Source: a virus
Reading direction: 5' to 3' (one strand)
IMG/VR virus record: IMGVR_UViG_3300031857_000130
Span: 3,562 to 67,561 of that record
DNA length: 64,000 nucleotides
Position 1 is the first letter of the stretch. Every line of letters begins with the position of its first letter. Shown here one piece after another: positions 27,801 through 36,081 of the stretch. The notes under the pieces were generated by a model, which saw only the letters and a program-made list of their open reading frames with translations, had not been told where the DNA came from and did not search any database. Both the position numbers and the translations under genes were made by a program.

Positions 27801-28990
27801 CCACTGTTGCCAGTAGTGCCAGCATACATCACTGGAACACCAGCGGCGATTGGGCTTCCCGTGCTATTCTTGACGTGATACAGCACATGCTGGCCTGTGT
27901 GCATCGCAAAGCCGTTCAGTTGGATGTCCAACGTCTCGTAGGTGCTGTTCCACATCGCCTGCCCCTGAGTAGAAAGCGAACCGCTTGGGGTGGTGTCAAA
28001 CGTGACGCTGTTGATGGCGGCCAAATCACCCGCGTCAGACTGCGTGATCGTGCCGTTTTGGATGAGCTTGCCCGTGGTGGAATTAAAGCGCACCAAGGCG
28101 TTATCCGTGGATGAAGCAGGGCCAACCACGTCGCCAGAACCGCTTGCCGTGGAATTGATGGTTATGCTATCTGTGCTAGCATCCGTCGTGATCGTGATGT
28201 TGGAACCAGCCACCAAGGTCAACGTGTCGTTCGTGGAGTCCGCCACCACATTGCCTTGTCCAGCCACCGCAATAGTCCCGAAAAGATTCTGGTCGCCCGT
28301 ATTGGTTCCAGCCAAGTTCAGCGTGGTTTTCATCGTGGCAGCATCCACGCCAAGCTGAATGTCTCCAGATGTCGTCACTGGCGAACCTGAATCCACCTGA
28401 ATACCGTCCGTGCCAATAATGCCAACGCTGGTAACTGTCCCGCCACTTACCGTCCCATTGGCAGCAGATGTGATGCGACCCTTGGAATCGACTGTGATGT
28501 TGGCGTTCGTGTAGGCACCGGGGACAACTGCCGTTGATGCAAGCGTGGCAGCAACCGAACCGGGACCAGATGCAGTCACATCGCCCGTAAGTGCCGTGAT
28601 GTAGTTGCCAGCCCCCTGCTTGGCATTGAAAGTCTGCCAGTCAGCCGATGTCAAAGCCCCCGTTGTGGACGCAGATGACGTTCCAAGGCTCAACGCCTGT
28701 CCAGCAAGAGACAAACCATTGGCCGTTCCAATCGTGACATCTCCGCTATTCGTGCCAGAAAGCGTTCCAGAAGCTCCATCAGCCACCGTGATGCCGCTGT
28801 TCTGGATGACCTGACCCGTTGTTCCGTTCCACCTGACAATCGCGTTATCCGTTGATGCAACCGGCCCGACAATATCACCAGATGCCGTGGCAACCGGATT
28901 GTAGGCAATCGCAAGTGTCACGTCTCCATCAGAGGTGACGGATACGGTAGGTTGCGATGCTGCGGTGCTGACATTGACAGAAGTGCTCAT
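24827..28990 (-). CDS. Tail fibre/adhesin with internal duplications
   Basis: 1387 aa, Gly/Ser/Thr/Ala-rich; SGD(I/V)VGP repeats x3; GSY...VTVxxKG motifs; YadA-like ASG repeats near the C-terminus. Confidence 0.85.
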   Translation of the reverse strand: MSTSVNVSTAASQPTVSVTSDGDVTLAIAYNPVATASGDIVGPVASTDNAIVRWNGTTGQVIQNSGITVADGASGTLSGTNSGDVTIGTANGLSLAGQALSLGTSSASTTGALTSADWQTFNAKQGAGNYITALTGDVTASGPGSVAATLASTAVVPGAYTNANITVDSKGRITSAANGTVSGGTVTSVGIIGTDGIQVDSGSPVTTSGDIQLGVDAATMKTTLNLAGTNTGDQNLFGTIAVAGQGNVVADSTNDTLTLVAGSNITITTDASTDSITINSTASGSGDVVGPASSTDNALVRFNSTTGKLIQNGTITQSDAGDLAAINSVTFDTTPSGSLSTQGQAMWNSTYETLDIQLNGFAMHTGQHVLYHVKNSTGSPIAAGVPVMYAGTTGNSGKLLVQPWNGTGPSTYFMGLTAESIGNGSEGFVIGFGKLSGIQTNGANYGETWADGDLIYTGTTSGSLTKTQPVAPNPYVQVLAVVHAHASNGTVFIKPTLGSNIRADEGVTITSLTSGQILVANNAGTVFENKSVSGDAALSNTGALTLATVNSNVGSYGNATAAPAVTVNAKGLVTAVSTNTITPAVGSITGLGTGVATALAVNTGSSGAVVVNGGALGTPSSGSLANCTSLPLSTGVTGDLPFANLTPATAASKLLGRGSAGGAGDFEEISIGSGLSMSGTTLSATGGGSGDVVGPASSVNNNAVLFDGTTGKLIKDSGVALGTAASKATSTGGNGASDSGKLVEFNSQGGAAFTGGVVVWDGAANTYPLAAVNGGIVRWSPTSSYAGQMYPTTLTADRTYFLPNVSGTVVTSGDTGTVTNTMLAGSIDLTTKVTGTLPVVNGGTGITALGTNVATSLGNNMSSSGTLAITADITKAAVGLSNVTDDAQTKAAIVPNTVPSAGQLLVGNAGGTAYAAVSTSGDATVASTGAVTLATVNANVGSFGSATAAPAFTVNAKGLITAASTNTITPAVGSITGLGTGVATALAVNTGSSGAFVVNGGALGTPSSGSLASCTGLPLSTGVTGDLPFANLTPATAASRLLGRGSASGAGDFEEITIGSGLSMSGTTLSSSGGSLTNWTEAVSTSAPNATVPVVSFTATNAATNVDAAIVPKGAGALTAHIANSLASGGNKRGANSVDLQTSRDAATQVASGANTIVVGGARNTASSSYAAVIGGVGNNASGNYSIIGNGTGHIANNTFSAVFSGDTNTVSGNSSAVLSGTGNTASGTASWVSGGQYGLADRQCLFAHAAGRFLATGDAQYIRAVLRNKTTNNTQTELFIDGGNNFIRLTLASGKIMSGNVNITGVKSDGSAVAHFLRQFSIKNVAGTTSAVYASVTIGTDNAAGTSVSVEANDTNDALRIYVTGITSETWRWTASVEAVEVAYGT
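25770..27460 (-). repeat. Two diverged copies of a ~170-codon block in the tail fibre (approx. 25770-26300 and 26930-27460)
   Basis: LATVN.NVGS.G.ATAAPA...GDFEEI.IGSGLSMSGTTLS repeated; boundaries approximate. Confidence 0.85.
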
Positions 28991-29349
28991 CAGGAGGGAA
29001 GGGAATACTGGCTGAGAACGGTAAAGGAGCCTTGGAGGTATGTCTGAATGCCGCCATTTGAGTCTGTGATGCGGAACTGCCAGACGTAATCACCAGCGGT
29101 CAAATCAAGCTCCTGAGCAGGAATCGAGAAAATCCAGTTGGTGTTATCACTGATTGTGATGTCGCCATCCGCAGACGACAACTGCTTCACAGGCTGAATG
29201 TCTGCTGGCGTCTTTTTGATGGCAAAGATCGCAGCATCCGCCGTGTAAGCTGGCGCTGGCGTGACAGTAATAGACGGAATGCCGCCCCAAGTGTCGCCTT
29301 GGACAAAAGCCAGATTGGCATCAAGTTGAGCGGAAGTTCCGGGTATCAT
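28990..29349 (-). CDS. Tail fibre-associated protein (BppU N-terminal-like)
   Basis: VQGDTW...LTAGDYVWQFRITD..G.IQTYLQG.F.V. Confidence 0.65.
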   Translation of the reverse strand: MIPGTSAQLDANLAFVQGDTWGGIPSITVTPAPAYTADAAIFAIKKTPADIQPVKQLSSADGDITISDNTNWIFSIPAQELDLTAGDYVWQFRITDSNGGIQTYLQGSFTVLSQYSLPS

Positions 29350-29444
29350 GGCATTCTCAGAATGGCAAGGTAGAGATTATAGAGGATCGTCCGCACATCC
29401 ACTGGCGGAGGCGTGTCCAAAGTTTGAGGCTGTCCGGGCATGGC

Positions 29445-29729
29445 TTAGAATAGACCGGCTTTTTGAGCACGCATCATCATTTCTTCAGGGGCGGTCATTC
29501 CTTCCTCGTTCTTGGCTGGCTTCTTTTTGCCGCCAACCTCGATTTCGATTTCGGTTTCCTCGTCTTCCATCTCAGGCTCTTCGTAGCCCTCGATGGGCGA
29601 ACCGTCGATTTCCATCAATGTGAGGTTTCCGGCTTCGTCAGCCACGAATGTTCCGACAGCCTGAAAAGGTTGTCCCGGCGTTGCATCAGTAGGCATTTCC
29701 CAGCCTTCAGGGGTTTTGAAACTTGGCAT
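29445..29729 (-). CDS. Acidic hypothetical protein
   Basis: 94 aa, downstream of the capsid gene. Confidence 0.65.
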   Translation of the reverse strand: MPSFKTPEGWEMPTDATPGQPFQAVGTFVADEAGNLTLMEIDGSPIEGYEEPEMEDEETEIEIEVGGKKKPAKNEEGMTAPEEMMMRAQKAGLF

Positions 29730-29734
29730 AGTGG

Positions 29735-29777
29735 TAAGTAAGAAGGGCGGGGCCAGCAGTTGATGCCGACCCCGCCC
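29735..29777 (-). terminator. Rho-independent terminator after the capsid gene
   Basis: gggcggggtcggca...tgctggccccgccc followed by ttcttactt on the minus strand. Confidence 0.6.
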
Positions 29778-29801
29778 GGTTAGAGGTTAGACCGTTCGGG
29801 A

Positions 29802-30977
29802 TTAGGAGCAGGCGGTGTTCACCGTCCAGCTTTGCGGGCAACGCTTGAAGCGAATAACCGCACCGTATTCAGGGATACCCGGTTGCGCACCATAGCCGAG
29901 CTTGCCACGGAAGTAACCGATGTTCTCGTCAGGGTTGCACTCAAGGTCATACTTGTTGATCCAGCGGAAGTTACCGAGGTAATCCTGCGGAGCGAACTTG
30001 AGGTCGCCAGCCTGAAGGGCAGAACCCGGAATGGCGAACTTGACCACCTGATTAGAGGCGATGTAGAGGTCTTCGTAACCAGCGGTGGAGTAGTCAGGAT
30101 TGACTTCCGCAGCTTCACCAGCCGAGGAGGCCGGAAGGAAGAAGGGAACACGCACCCAAGCACCGCCAACAAGGTTCCAGCGAGGAGCCTGAATGTCGAT
30201 CATGTGCTTGAAGCCCTCAAGGTTCACGAAGGAACCGCGAGGCCCAAGGAGCTTGTCGCTGCTATTCGACCAGCGGATGTTGTTCAGGCTCGTCTCATTG
30301 TTCACAAGAGTGGCTTGAGCTTCACGGCTGAGGATCAGCGGCAGAACCGGCTGCCCATACTGGTTGGTGCCAAGACCGTTGCCCTGATGAGCGCCGTCAG
30401 CCACAAGGCGATCATACCAGTAGTCAAGGACTTCACGGTTGATGGTGCCGATGGTGCCGGTGCCGAAGCTGGAGCTAGAGGTCGTCATGGACGAGTCAAG
30501 CACAGCCTTGTTGGAGCACACGCTGGTGAACTCGTCACGGCGCTGATTGGCCCAAGCGTAGCGTGAGTTGTTCTGGAGGTTACGCAGAATGTGCGAACCC
30601 TGCTGAACGATTTCGTAGGCCATACGACCGTCTTCCATGCAGATTTTCTCGGACTGAACCGCAGCCAGCTTGAGAGCCATCGTGCGGCGGGTGTAAGCCT
30701 GATAGACCGTGACAGTCGTAGGAGTGCAGGAACCACCAGCATCGCCTTCACCGCCATCGTTGAAGCCGACAGTATCAAAGGTGATTGCGTTGTTGAGCGG
30801 GGTGCTACGTTCAAAAACCAAAAAATTAGGCGTTGCGCCCATTCCATCAGGCCAACGAGTCTTAGGAACAATAGTATTGTCGTCCCAGGGAGTGGTTACC
30901 CAGTTACGGTAGGAAGGATCATTACTGATGCGGTTAGCTTCGCTTACGAAGAAGTTGTTAATCGAGTCACAGGCCAT
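29802..30977 (-). CDS. Major capsid protein (putative)
   Basis: 391 aa, strong codon bias, long leader, followed by a terminator; size and position fit an MCP, fold not verified. Confidence 0.7.
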   Translation of the reverse strand: MACDSINNFFVSEANRISNDPSYRNWVTTPWDDNTIVPKTRWPDGMGATPNFLVFERSTPLNNAITFDTVGFNDGGEGDAGGSCTPTTVTVYQAYTRRTMALKLAAVQSEKICMEDGRMAYEIVQQGSHILRNLQNNSRYAWANQRRDEFTSVCSNKAVLDSSMTTSSSSFGTGTIGTINREVLDYWYDRLVADGAHQGNGLGTNQYGQPVLPLILSREAQATLVNNETSLNNIRWSNSSDKLLGPRGSFVNLEGFKHMIDIQAPRWNLVGGAWVRVPFFLPASSAGEAAEVNPDYSTAGYEDLYIASNQVVKFAIPGSALQAGDLKFAPQDYLGNFRWINKYDLECNPDENIGYFRGKLGYGAQPGIPEYGAVIRFKRCPQSWTVNTACS

Positions 30978-31328
30978 AATATTTTGCCCTAAAGGCGGTT
31001 AAGGAGTTAGTTGAGGGAATGCTTGTTGTGAACGAGGTAAATGCTATCGGCACATGCCGTAGCGACCTGTTCTGCTTTCCATCCGAGCGAAGATGAACAC
31101 CATTGCTGGTGATTTAAGCTCTTGGCTCCTCCTTTTCTACCTGCCGAGCGATGCGGGCTGCGTGGAGAATCAACGCATTTTCAACTCATTACCCGTGAGT
31201 TTGCATAAAGCGTTCCATTTGTCAATAAAGAAATCTGGCAAATTATCACTTTTCTTCAAATTCTCACTTCCCCACATTAGCTGCGGATTTCCACTTGTAA
31301 TTTCTAGCAAGTCAAGCACGCTACCTCT

Positions 31329-31733
31329 ATGGACTCCCTCATCACTCAGTATCGCGCCCTTCAGTTTCTCGCCCATCGTGCTCACAACATGGTCAAAGGC
31401 CCGAATTTCTTCGAGGATCACGAGTTCCTTGGCGAGCTTTATCCGGCCTATGAAGCAGCTTACGACTCCCTTGTTGAGCGCGTCATCGGACTTGGTAGCG
31501 AAAAGCTCTCCATCACCAAAATCAACCGTGTGGCGGCAGACATGTCGGCGGTAGCCCCTGATGAAACAAAAGCAGAAACCTTCTTCCGCATCATTCTCAA
31601 AGGTGAGAAAGACCTCTGTGGCCTGATTGACAAGGCGATGGCAAAAGCGTCCAACGGCACACAAGACTTGCTGCAAGGGCTTTGCAATGCCAGCGAGGCT
31701 AGGCAGTACCAGTTGAAGCAGCGTCTCGGTTGA
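31329..31733 (+). CDS. Dps/ferritin-like protein
   Basis: AHNMVKGPNFFEDHEFLGELY...DSLVERVIG matches the Dps signature region. Confidence 0.8.
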   Translation: MDSLITQYRALQFLAHRAHNMVKGPNFFEDHEFLGELYPAYEAAYDSLVERVIGLGSEKLSITKINRVAADMSAVAPDETKAETFFRIILKGEKDLCGLIDKAMAKASNGTQDLLQGLCNASEARQYQLKQRLG

Positions 31734-31740
31734 TTTTCGC

Positions 31741-31769
31741 TTGCCGGGTTCATTCTAATGCCGTAAGGT
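31741..31769 (+). promoter_or_regulatory. Sigma70-like promoter, leaderless
   Basis: TTGCCG-N17-TAAGGT, ATG 5 nt downstream. Confidence 0.65.
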
Positions 31770-31774
31770 TTCTC

Positions 31775-32017
31775 ATGGCAAAGAAATCACCATCACTATC
31801 GGTAGGCCGAGGCGAAAAACTTCCTGTCTCTAAGGGGGCGGGTTTGACCGCCAAGGGCCGTGCAAAATACAACGCTGCCACGGGTAGCAATCTCAAAGCA
31901 CCAGCGCCGCATCCCAAGACTGAAGCTGACGCAGCACGCAAAAAGTCGTTCTGCGCACGTTCACAAGGATGGACTGGCGAACGCGGTAAAGCTGCTCGTA
32001 AGCGTTGGGCTTGCTGA
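31775..32017 (+). CDS. Small basic phage protein (DUF6321-like)
   Basis: GLTAKGRAKYN..TGSNLKAP...RKKSFCAR. Confidence 0.75.
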   Translation: MAKKSPSLSVGRGEKLPVSKGAGLTAKGRAKYNAATGSNLKAPAPHPKTEADAARKKSFCARSQGWTGERGKAARKRWAC

Positions 32018-32115
32018 ACAAATCATGCCGGAGTCGAAAGTGCGAACCCCTTCAAGTTAGCCTTCTTGTGGTGTAGTAGTAACATAACCGGGGCGGAAGA
32101 TAAAAAGGCAATTTT

Positions 32116-32191
32116 AACCGGCCATGTTCCAAGGTTGGCGAGTTGGACTCCAAATCCGATTGGTAAGGTTCGATTCCTTAGCCGGTTGCCA
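32116..32191 (+). tRNA. tRNA-Trp (CCA)
   Basis: Acceptor aaccggc/gccggtt; anticodon arm ttgga-ctCCAaa-tccga; T arm taagg-ttcgatt-cctta; encoded CCA; weak D arm. Confidence 0.85.
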
Positions 32192-32207
32192 CTTTCCCTT
32201 AACTCTT

Positions 32208-32504
32208 ATGACAAAACTACAACAAGAACTGCAACGCCTGCAAAAACTCACGAATGAGTTCCACAAGAACGTCTCTCAAATCACAGAGAAATACAAAACT
32301 GCGAGGTCTGGCTATGTCAATCGCATTGGCATGGAACTCAAAAAGTTTCGCGTGGAGAGGCGAATGAAGCAGCGTGAGCTTGCTTTTCAAATTGGCATCA
32401 ACAGCGCGTTTCTCTCGTTTATCGAAAACGGCGACTCTTGCGCCTCCACAAGCGATAATGTCATTGCTCAAATCGCGGAATGGGTGTCTAAAAACCAATC
32501 TTGA
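32208..32504 (+). CDS. XRE-family HTH protein
   Basis: LKKFRVERRMKQRELAFQIGINSAFLSFIENG. Confidence 0.85.
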   Translation: MTKLQQELQRLQKLTNEFHKNVSQITEKYKTARSGYVNRIGMELKKFRVERRMKQRELAFQIGINSAFLSFIENGDSCASTSDNVIAQIAEWVSKNQS

Positions 32505-34921
32505 TGAAAATAATCTCTCTCTGCCACGCAACAAAACGTCCTCATGTAGCCAAACAGTGTCACGAATTGTGGCGCAGTATGGCGAAAAACCCTGAGCGTG
32601 TCGAGATTGTTCTTGGCATTGATCTTGGTGACGAGGCTTTGTTTGAGGACTTCAAACGCCCCACGTTCATAGGCAGGGAGAACTCATGTGTTGCTGCGTG
32701 GAATGCCGCCGCTGCTGGCTGCAAGGGAGATATTCTCATCGGCCTAGACGACGATTGGGAGCCAGTTCAAAATTGGGATGAGATTGTGGAGGCCCGTCTT
32801 GGCGACAACGACGTTTTGCGCATTGGCGACTTGCACCGCAAAGACGACTTGATCTGCCATGCCATCGTTTCCCGCGATTGGTATGAGACGGTTGGCTACC
32901 TCTATCACCCCCTGTTCAAATCCGTTTACTGCGACAACTTCTTTACCCAACAAGCTATCCGACATGCCAACATTGCTGACGCGACTGACATCCAGTTCAT
33001 CCACAAAAACCCAAGTCAAAACTACGGCACCGAAGATGAGGTCGCTCGCAATAGCAATTCGCCTGCGCGTTATGAGCATGGCCGAATGGTTTTTGACTCA
33101 CTGATGGGGCCGGAACATGCAATCTTGGCGTTTACCTGCGCTGGCAGGCCGATGTATCTGCAAGAGTCTTTGGAAAGCTGGCTGAAAAACGATTTGTCGC
33201 TGGTGAAAAGCGTTCAGTTCTTTGTGGAGCCGACAAATCAACGTGATTTGATCCTTGCCATCATTGATGATTTCGCGCTCAAATGCCCGGTTCCTGTGAT
33301 CGTTCACAAGAACAAGGAGGTCTTGGGCGTGCTAAAGAATCCGTGGCACCTGTTTGAAAATTGCTTCAGCGAGCAAATGGCAAGCCGCGTTATTCTTGGC
33401 GAGGACGATTTTGTGGTTGCTCCTGACACGCTGAGATTCCTGCTGTCCATGACGACTCACATGGACAACAAAACTATGGCTGTTTGCGCCAAGTGGGTTG
33501 GAAAGAATGCAGACCACAATCCTGAGACATGGCACCGTAGCACGGAGTTCACGGGCAACATTTGGATGATGCCACGACACATCTGGAAGGATTATGTGCG
33601 TGACACTTGGGACTTCGACTATTCCAGTGGCAATGCCGACAAAACACCTTCTGGCTGGGATTGGAACATTCAGCTTCGCGTCATTCCTCGCAATGGGCTG
33701 CATTGCATTGTGCCTACTGCCTCTCGTTCCCGCCACATTGGGGTTGATGGTGTTCATTGCCACAAGGACGTGTTTGATGAAACGGTGGCGTGGAATGCGA
33801 TCAACACTCCCTACTCTAGGCCATACACCCCGTTTGAATATTGCATCGTTCGCCCCACAAAGACGTATTCAGGCGTCAAGCATGTCACCTCTTCTGGCGA
33901 TTTGGGCGACATCATCGTGTCCTTGGCCACATTGCATCACCTTGGATGCGAGGCTGTGTATCTGTTGCGCGACAATGGGCAAACCAAAGGCATCACCAGC
34001 AAGATTGACATCATCAAGCCAATCCTGATGGCTCAGCCATACATCAAGGATGTCAAGATTTACGAGGGCGAGCATGTTGACTGGCAAAGCGAAGGCTTCC
34101 GCTCAGGCTGGGTTCAGCGCGACATGTCCTTGGCTCACAATCATGCCAAGCACGCCTTGGATCATGGGTTCATTTCGACCATGCCAAATCTCTCCGAACG
34201 CTGGCTGTTCAACATTGAGCCTAGCAAGCTGACGCGGGGGCGGGTTGTCATCAATCGTTCTCCGCGATACGGAAATCCTCACTTCCCTTGGCGCAAGATT
34301 GTTGAGTTCTATGGAGAGAAGCTGCTTTTCCTTGGCTTAGACCATGAGCACCGAGCTTTCTGTGATGCGTTTGGCGCTGTGGAATACAAGCACACAGCCA
34401 ACATGCTAGAGGCCGCCGAATTAATCGCTGGCAGCAAGCTATTCATCGGCAATCAATCCTCCTGCATGACGATTGCGGAAGGGATGAAGCATCCTCGCAT
34501 TCAAGAGGGGAGCCTCGTCATTTCGGACTGCGTTTATCCAAATGCTCACAACGCTCAGTATGTCTTTGATGGATCGGTAAATCTTCCGTGCTTGAGCGAC
34601 GATACTGTGTATCACATTGATTCTCAGGTCAAAACGTGGCGAAGTTATCTGGTTAACGAAGTTCCTATTTGCGGCAATGGCATTGTCGGATGGCATTATC
34701 AATGCGGCAACGTCATGGTGAACGAGGGTTACTTTGAGTTTGCCGTGCGCAAGGTCAAGAAGCTCACTGGATGGGATGACGAGACGGCATCAAAGGCTAT
34801 TATCGAGTTCACGGTTTCCCTCAATCCGCAGTGGTTTGAAAAGAAAGTCAGGCTTCCGCAGCTAGGCGTGGCACGCAGAGCTTTGCGAAATGCTGGATAT
34901 AACCAGCACGCGATTCTGTGA
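32504..34921 (+). CDS. Multi-domain glycosyltransferase (GT-A + GT-A + GT9-like)
   Basis: AWNAAA...GDILIGLDDDW; RPMYLQESL...GEDDFV...GWDWN...RSRHIG; SGDLGDII...LFIGNQS. Confidence 0.8.
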   Translation: MKIISLCHATKRPHVAKQCHELWRSMAKNPERVEIVLGIDLGDEALFEDFKRPTFIGRENSCVAAWNAAAAGCKGDILIGLDDDWEPVQNWDEIVEARLGDNDVLRIGDLHRKDDLICHAIVSRDWYETVGYLYHPLFKSVYCDNFFTQQAIRHANIADATDIQFIHKNPSQNYGTEDEVARNSNSPARYEHGRMVFDSLMGPEHAILAFTCAGRPMYLQESLESWLKNDLSLVKSVQFFVEPTNQRDLILAIIDDFALKCPVPVIVHKNKEVLGVLKNPWHLFENCFSEQMASRVILGEDDFVVAPDTLRFLLSMTTHMDNKTMAVCAKWVGKNADHNPETWHRSTEFTGNIWMMPRHIWKDYVRDTWDFDYSSGNADKTPSGWDWNIQLRVIPRNGLHCIVPTASRSRHIGVDGVHCHKDVFDETVAWNAINTPYSRPYTPFEYCIVRPTKTYSGVKHVTSSGDLGDIIVSLATLHHLGCEAVYLLRDNGQTKGITSKIDIIKPILMAQPYIKDVKIYEGEHVDWQSEGFRSGWVQRDMSLAHNHAKHALDHGFISTMPNLSERWLFNIEPSKLTRGRVVINRSPRYGNPHFPWRKIVEFYGEKLLFLGLDHEHRAFCDAFGAVEYKHTANMLEAAELIAGSKLFIGNQSSCMTIAEGMKHPRIQEGSLVISDCVYPNAHNAQYVFDGSVNLPCLSDDTVYHIDSQVKTWRSYLVNEVPICGNGIVGWHYQCGNVMVNEGYFEFAVRKVKKLTGWDDETASKAIIEFTVSLNPQWFEKKVRLPQLGVARRALRNAGYNQHAIL

Positions 34922-34976
34922 TTTAGCATAAAATTCCGGTTGCCAACCTTACGGAACATGCTACGAGAGCACTACC

Positions 34977-36038
34977 ATGCTCTTAGCAATTCCTGTATCG
35001 CAGTCTGATGTTCATTTGCTCGCCAAGCGAGTTGACCTAATAAAGAAGTTCGGGCCTTACCCGCGTCACGTTCTGGCGATTGTGCCGGATATTACCGTGC
35101 AGCAACCCGCCAAGGAGGCGCTTGAAAAGCTGTCTCCGCTGTTCAGCCGAGCAGAGCTTCTTCGTGTCAATCTGAACGGCATCACGGGCTGGCCGCTGGC
35201 TTCAAACAAGCACTTCAAGCTGGCTGCTCAGGCCATTCACGCTCTCGGCATCCGGGAAGCGTTCTACTTCTTCGAGCTTGATAACACGCCGCTGTGCTCA
35301 GGCTGGCTTGACCGCCTGCACGACGAATACGTTTCTGCGAACAAACCCTACATGGGTTGCGTTGTGCCAACACGCGGATTTCAGGATACTCCGCAAGGTC
35401 GAGTTCCTATTCTTGGTGAACCTCACATGGTTGGCACGGGTATTTACCCGCCGAATTACGCCGCCTACTCGCCTAAGATTCAGCACATTGACCGTGTAGC
35501 TGCGTTCACGGGTATGCCCTTGGAGCCATTTGACGTGGCTATCCGGCATGAAGTGATCCCGCATTCTCACTCCACAAACCTGATTCAGCACCTTTGGCGC
35601 ACCTGCAATTTCCGCAAGGAAGAAAAGCAAATCGTCTGCGATGACATGCCGGGTGTCGGGCCAAACGAATCTCACAAGGCTCCAGTTTCCTCTTCAGCGG
35701 TGGTCGTTCATGGTTGTAAAGACGACTCGCTGCCGAATCTGCTGCTCTCAGCGGCAGACCCCATTGTATCACCGACGACTGACGGTGCCGTAGCAGGGGC
35801 AAGTGCTGCGGATTCATGTGCCTCGCCCGTCGCCGGGGATCAGTCGAGCGACGGACTTCCTAAGCACAAGACTTTTATCGGCACGCAAGTTGGCAAGCTG
35901 GTGGCTGACAAACCTATGAGAATCAAGGAACTGGCGAAACTACTCAAACTTGAGTTGGATCAGTTGAAAGCGGAAATCGACAATCCTGTGAACGGCCTAG
36001 TTCTTTCCAATAAAGCTGGATGGGTGAAGCTGGCATGA
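34977..36038 (+). CDS. Putative glycosyltransferase-like protein with C-terminal wHTH-like tail
   Basis: FYFFELDNTP, GTGIYP, FDV, HGCKD. Confidence 0.55.
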   Translation: MLLAIPVSQSDVHLLAKRVDLIKKFGPYPRHVLAIVPDITVQQPAKEALEKLSPLFSRAELLRVNLNGITGWPLASNKHFKLAAQAIHALGIREAFYFFELDNTPLCSGWLDRLHDEYVSANKPYMGCVVPTRGFQDTPQGRVPILGEPHMVGTGIYPPNYAAYSPKIQHIDRVAAFTGMPLEPFDVAIRHEVIPHSHSTNLIQHLWRTCNFRKEEKQIVCDDMPGVGPNESHKAPVSSSAVVVHGCKDDSLPNLLLSAADPIVSPTTDGAVAGASAADSCASPVAGDQSSDGLPKHKTFIGTQVGKLVADKPMRIKELAKLLKLELDQLKAEIDNPVNGLVLSNKAGWVKLA

Positions 36039-36081
36039 AACCCCTTGATTATCAAACGAAGGATGGGAGAATCGCCTAATT

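Noticed and set aside
32060-32110. Second tRNA upstream of tRNA-Trp
   Set aside because: Has a D-arm-like tggtgtagtagtaacat but no anticodon or T arm; at most a fragment.
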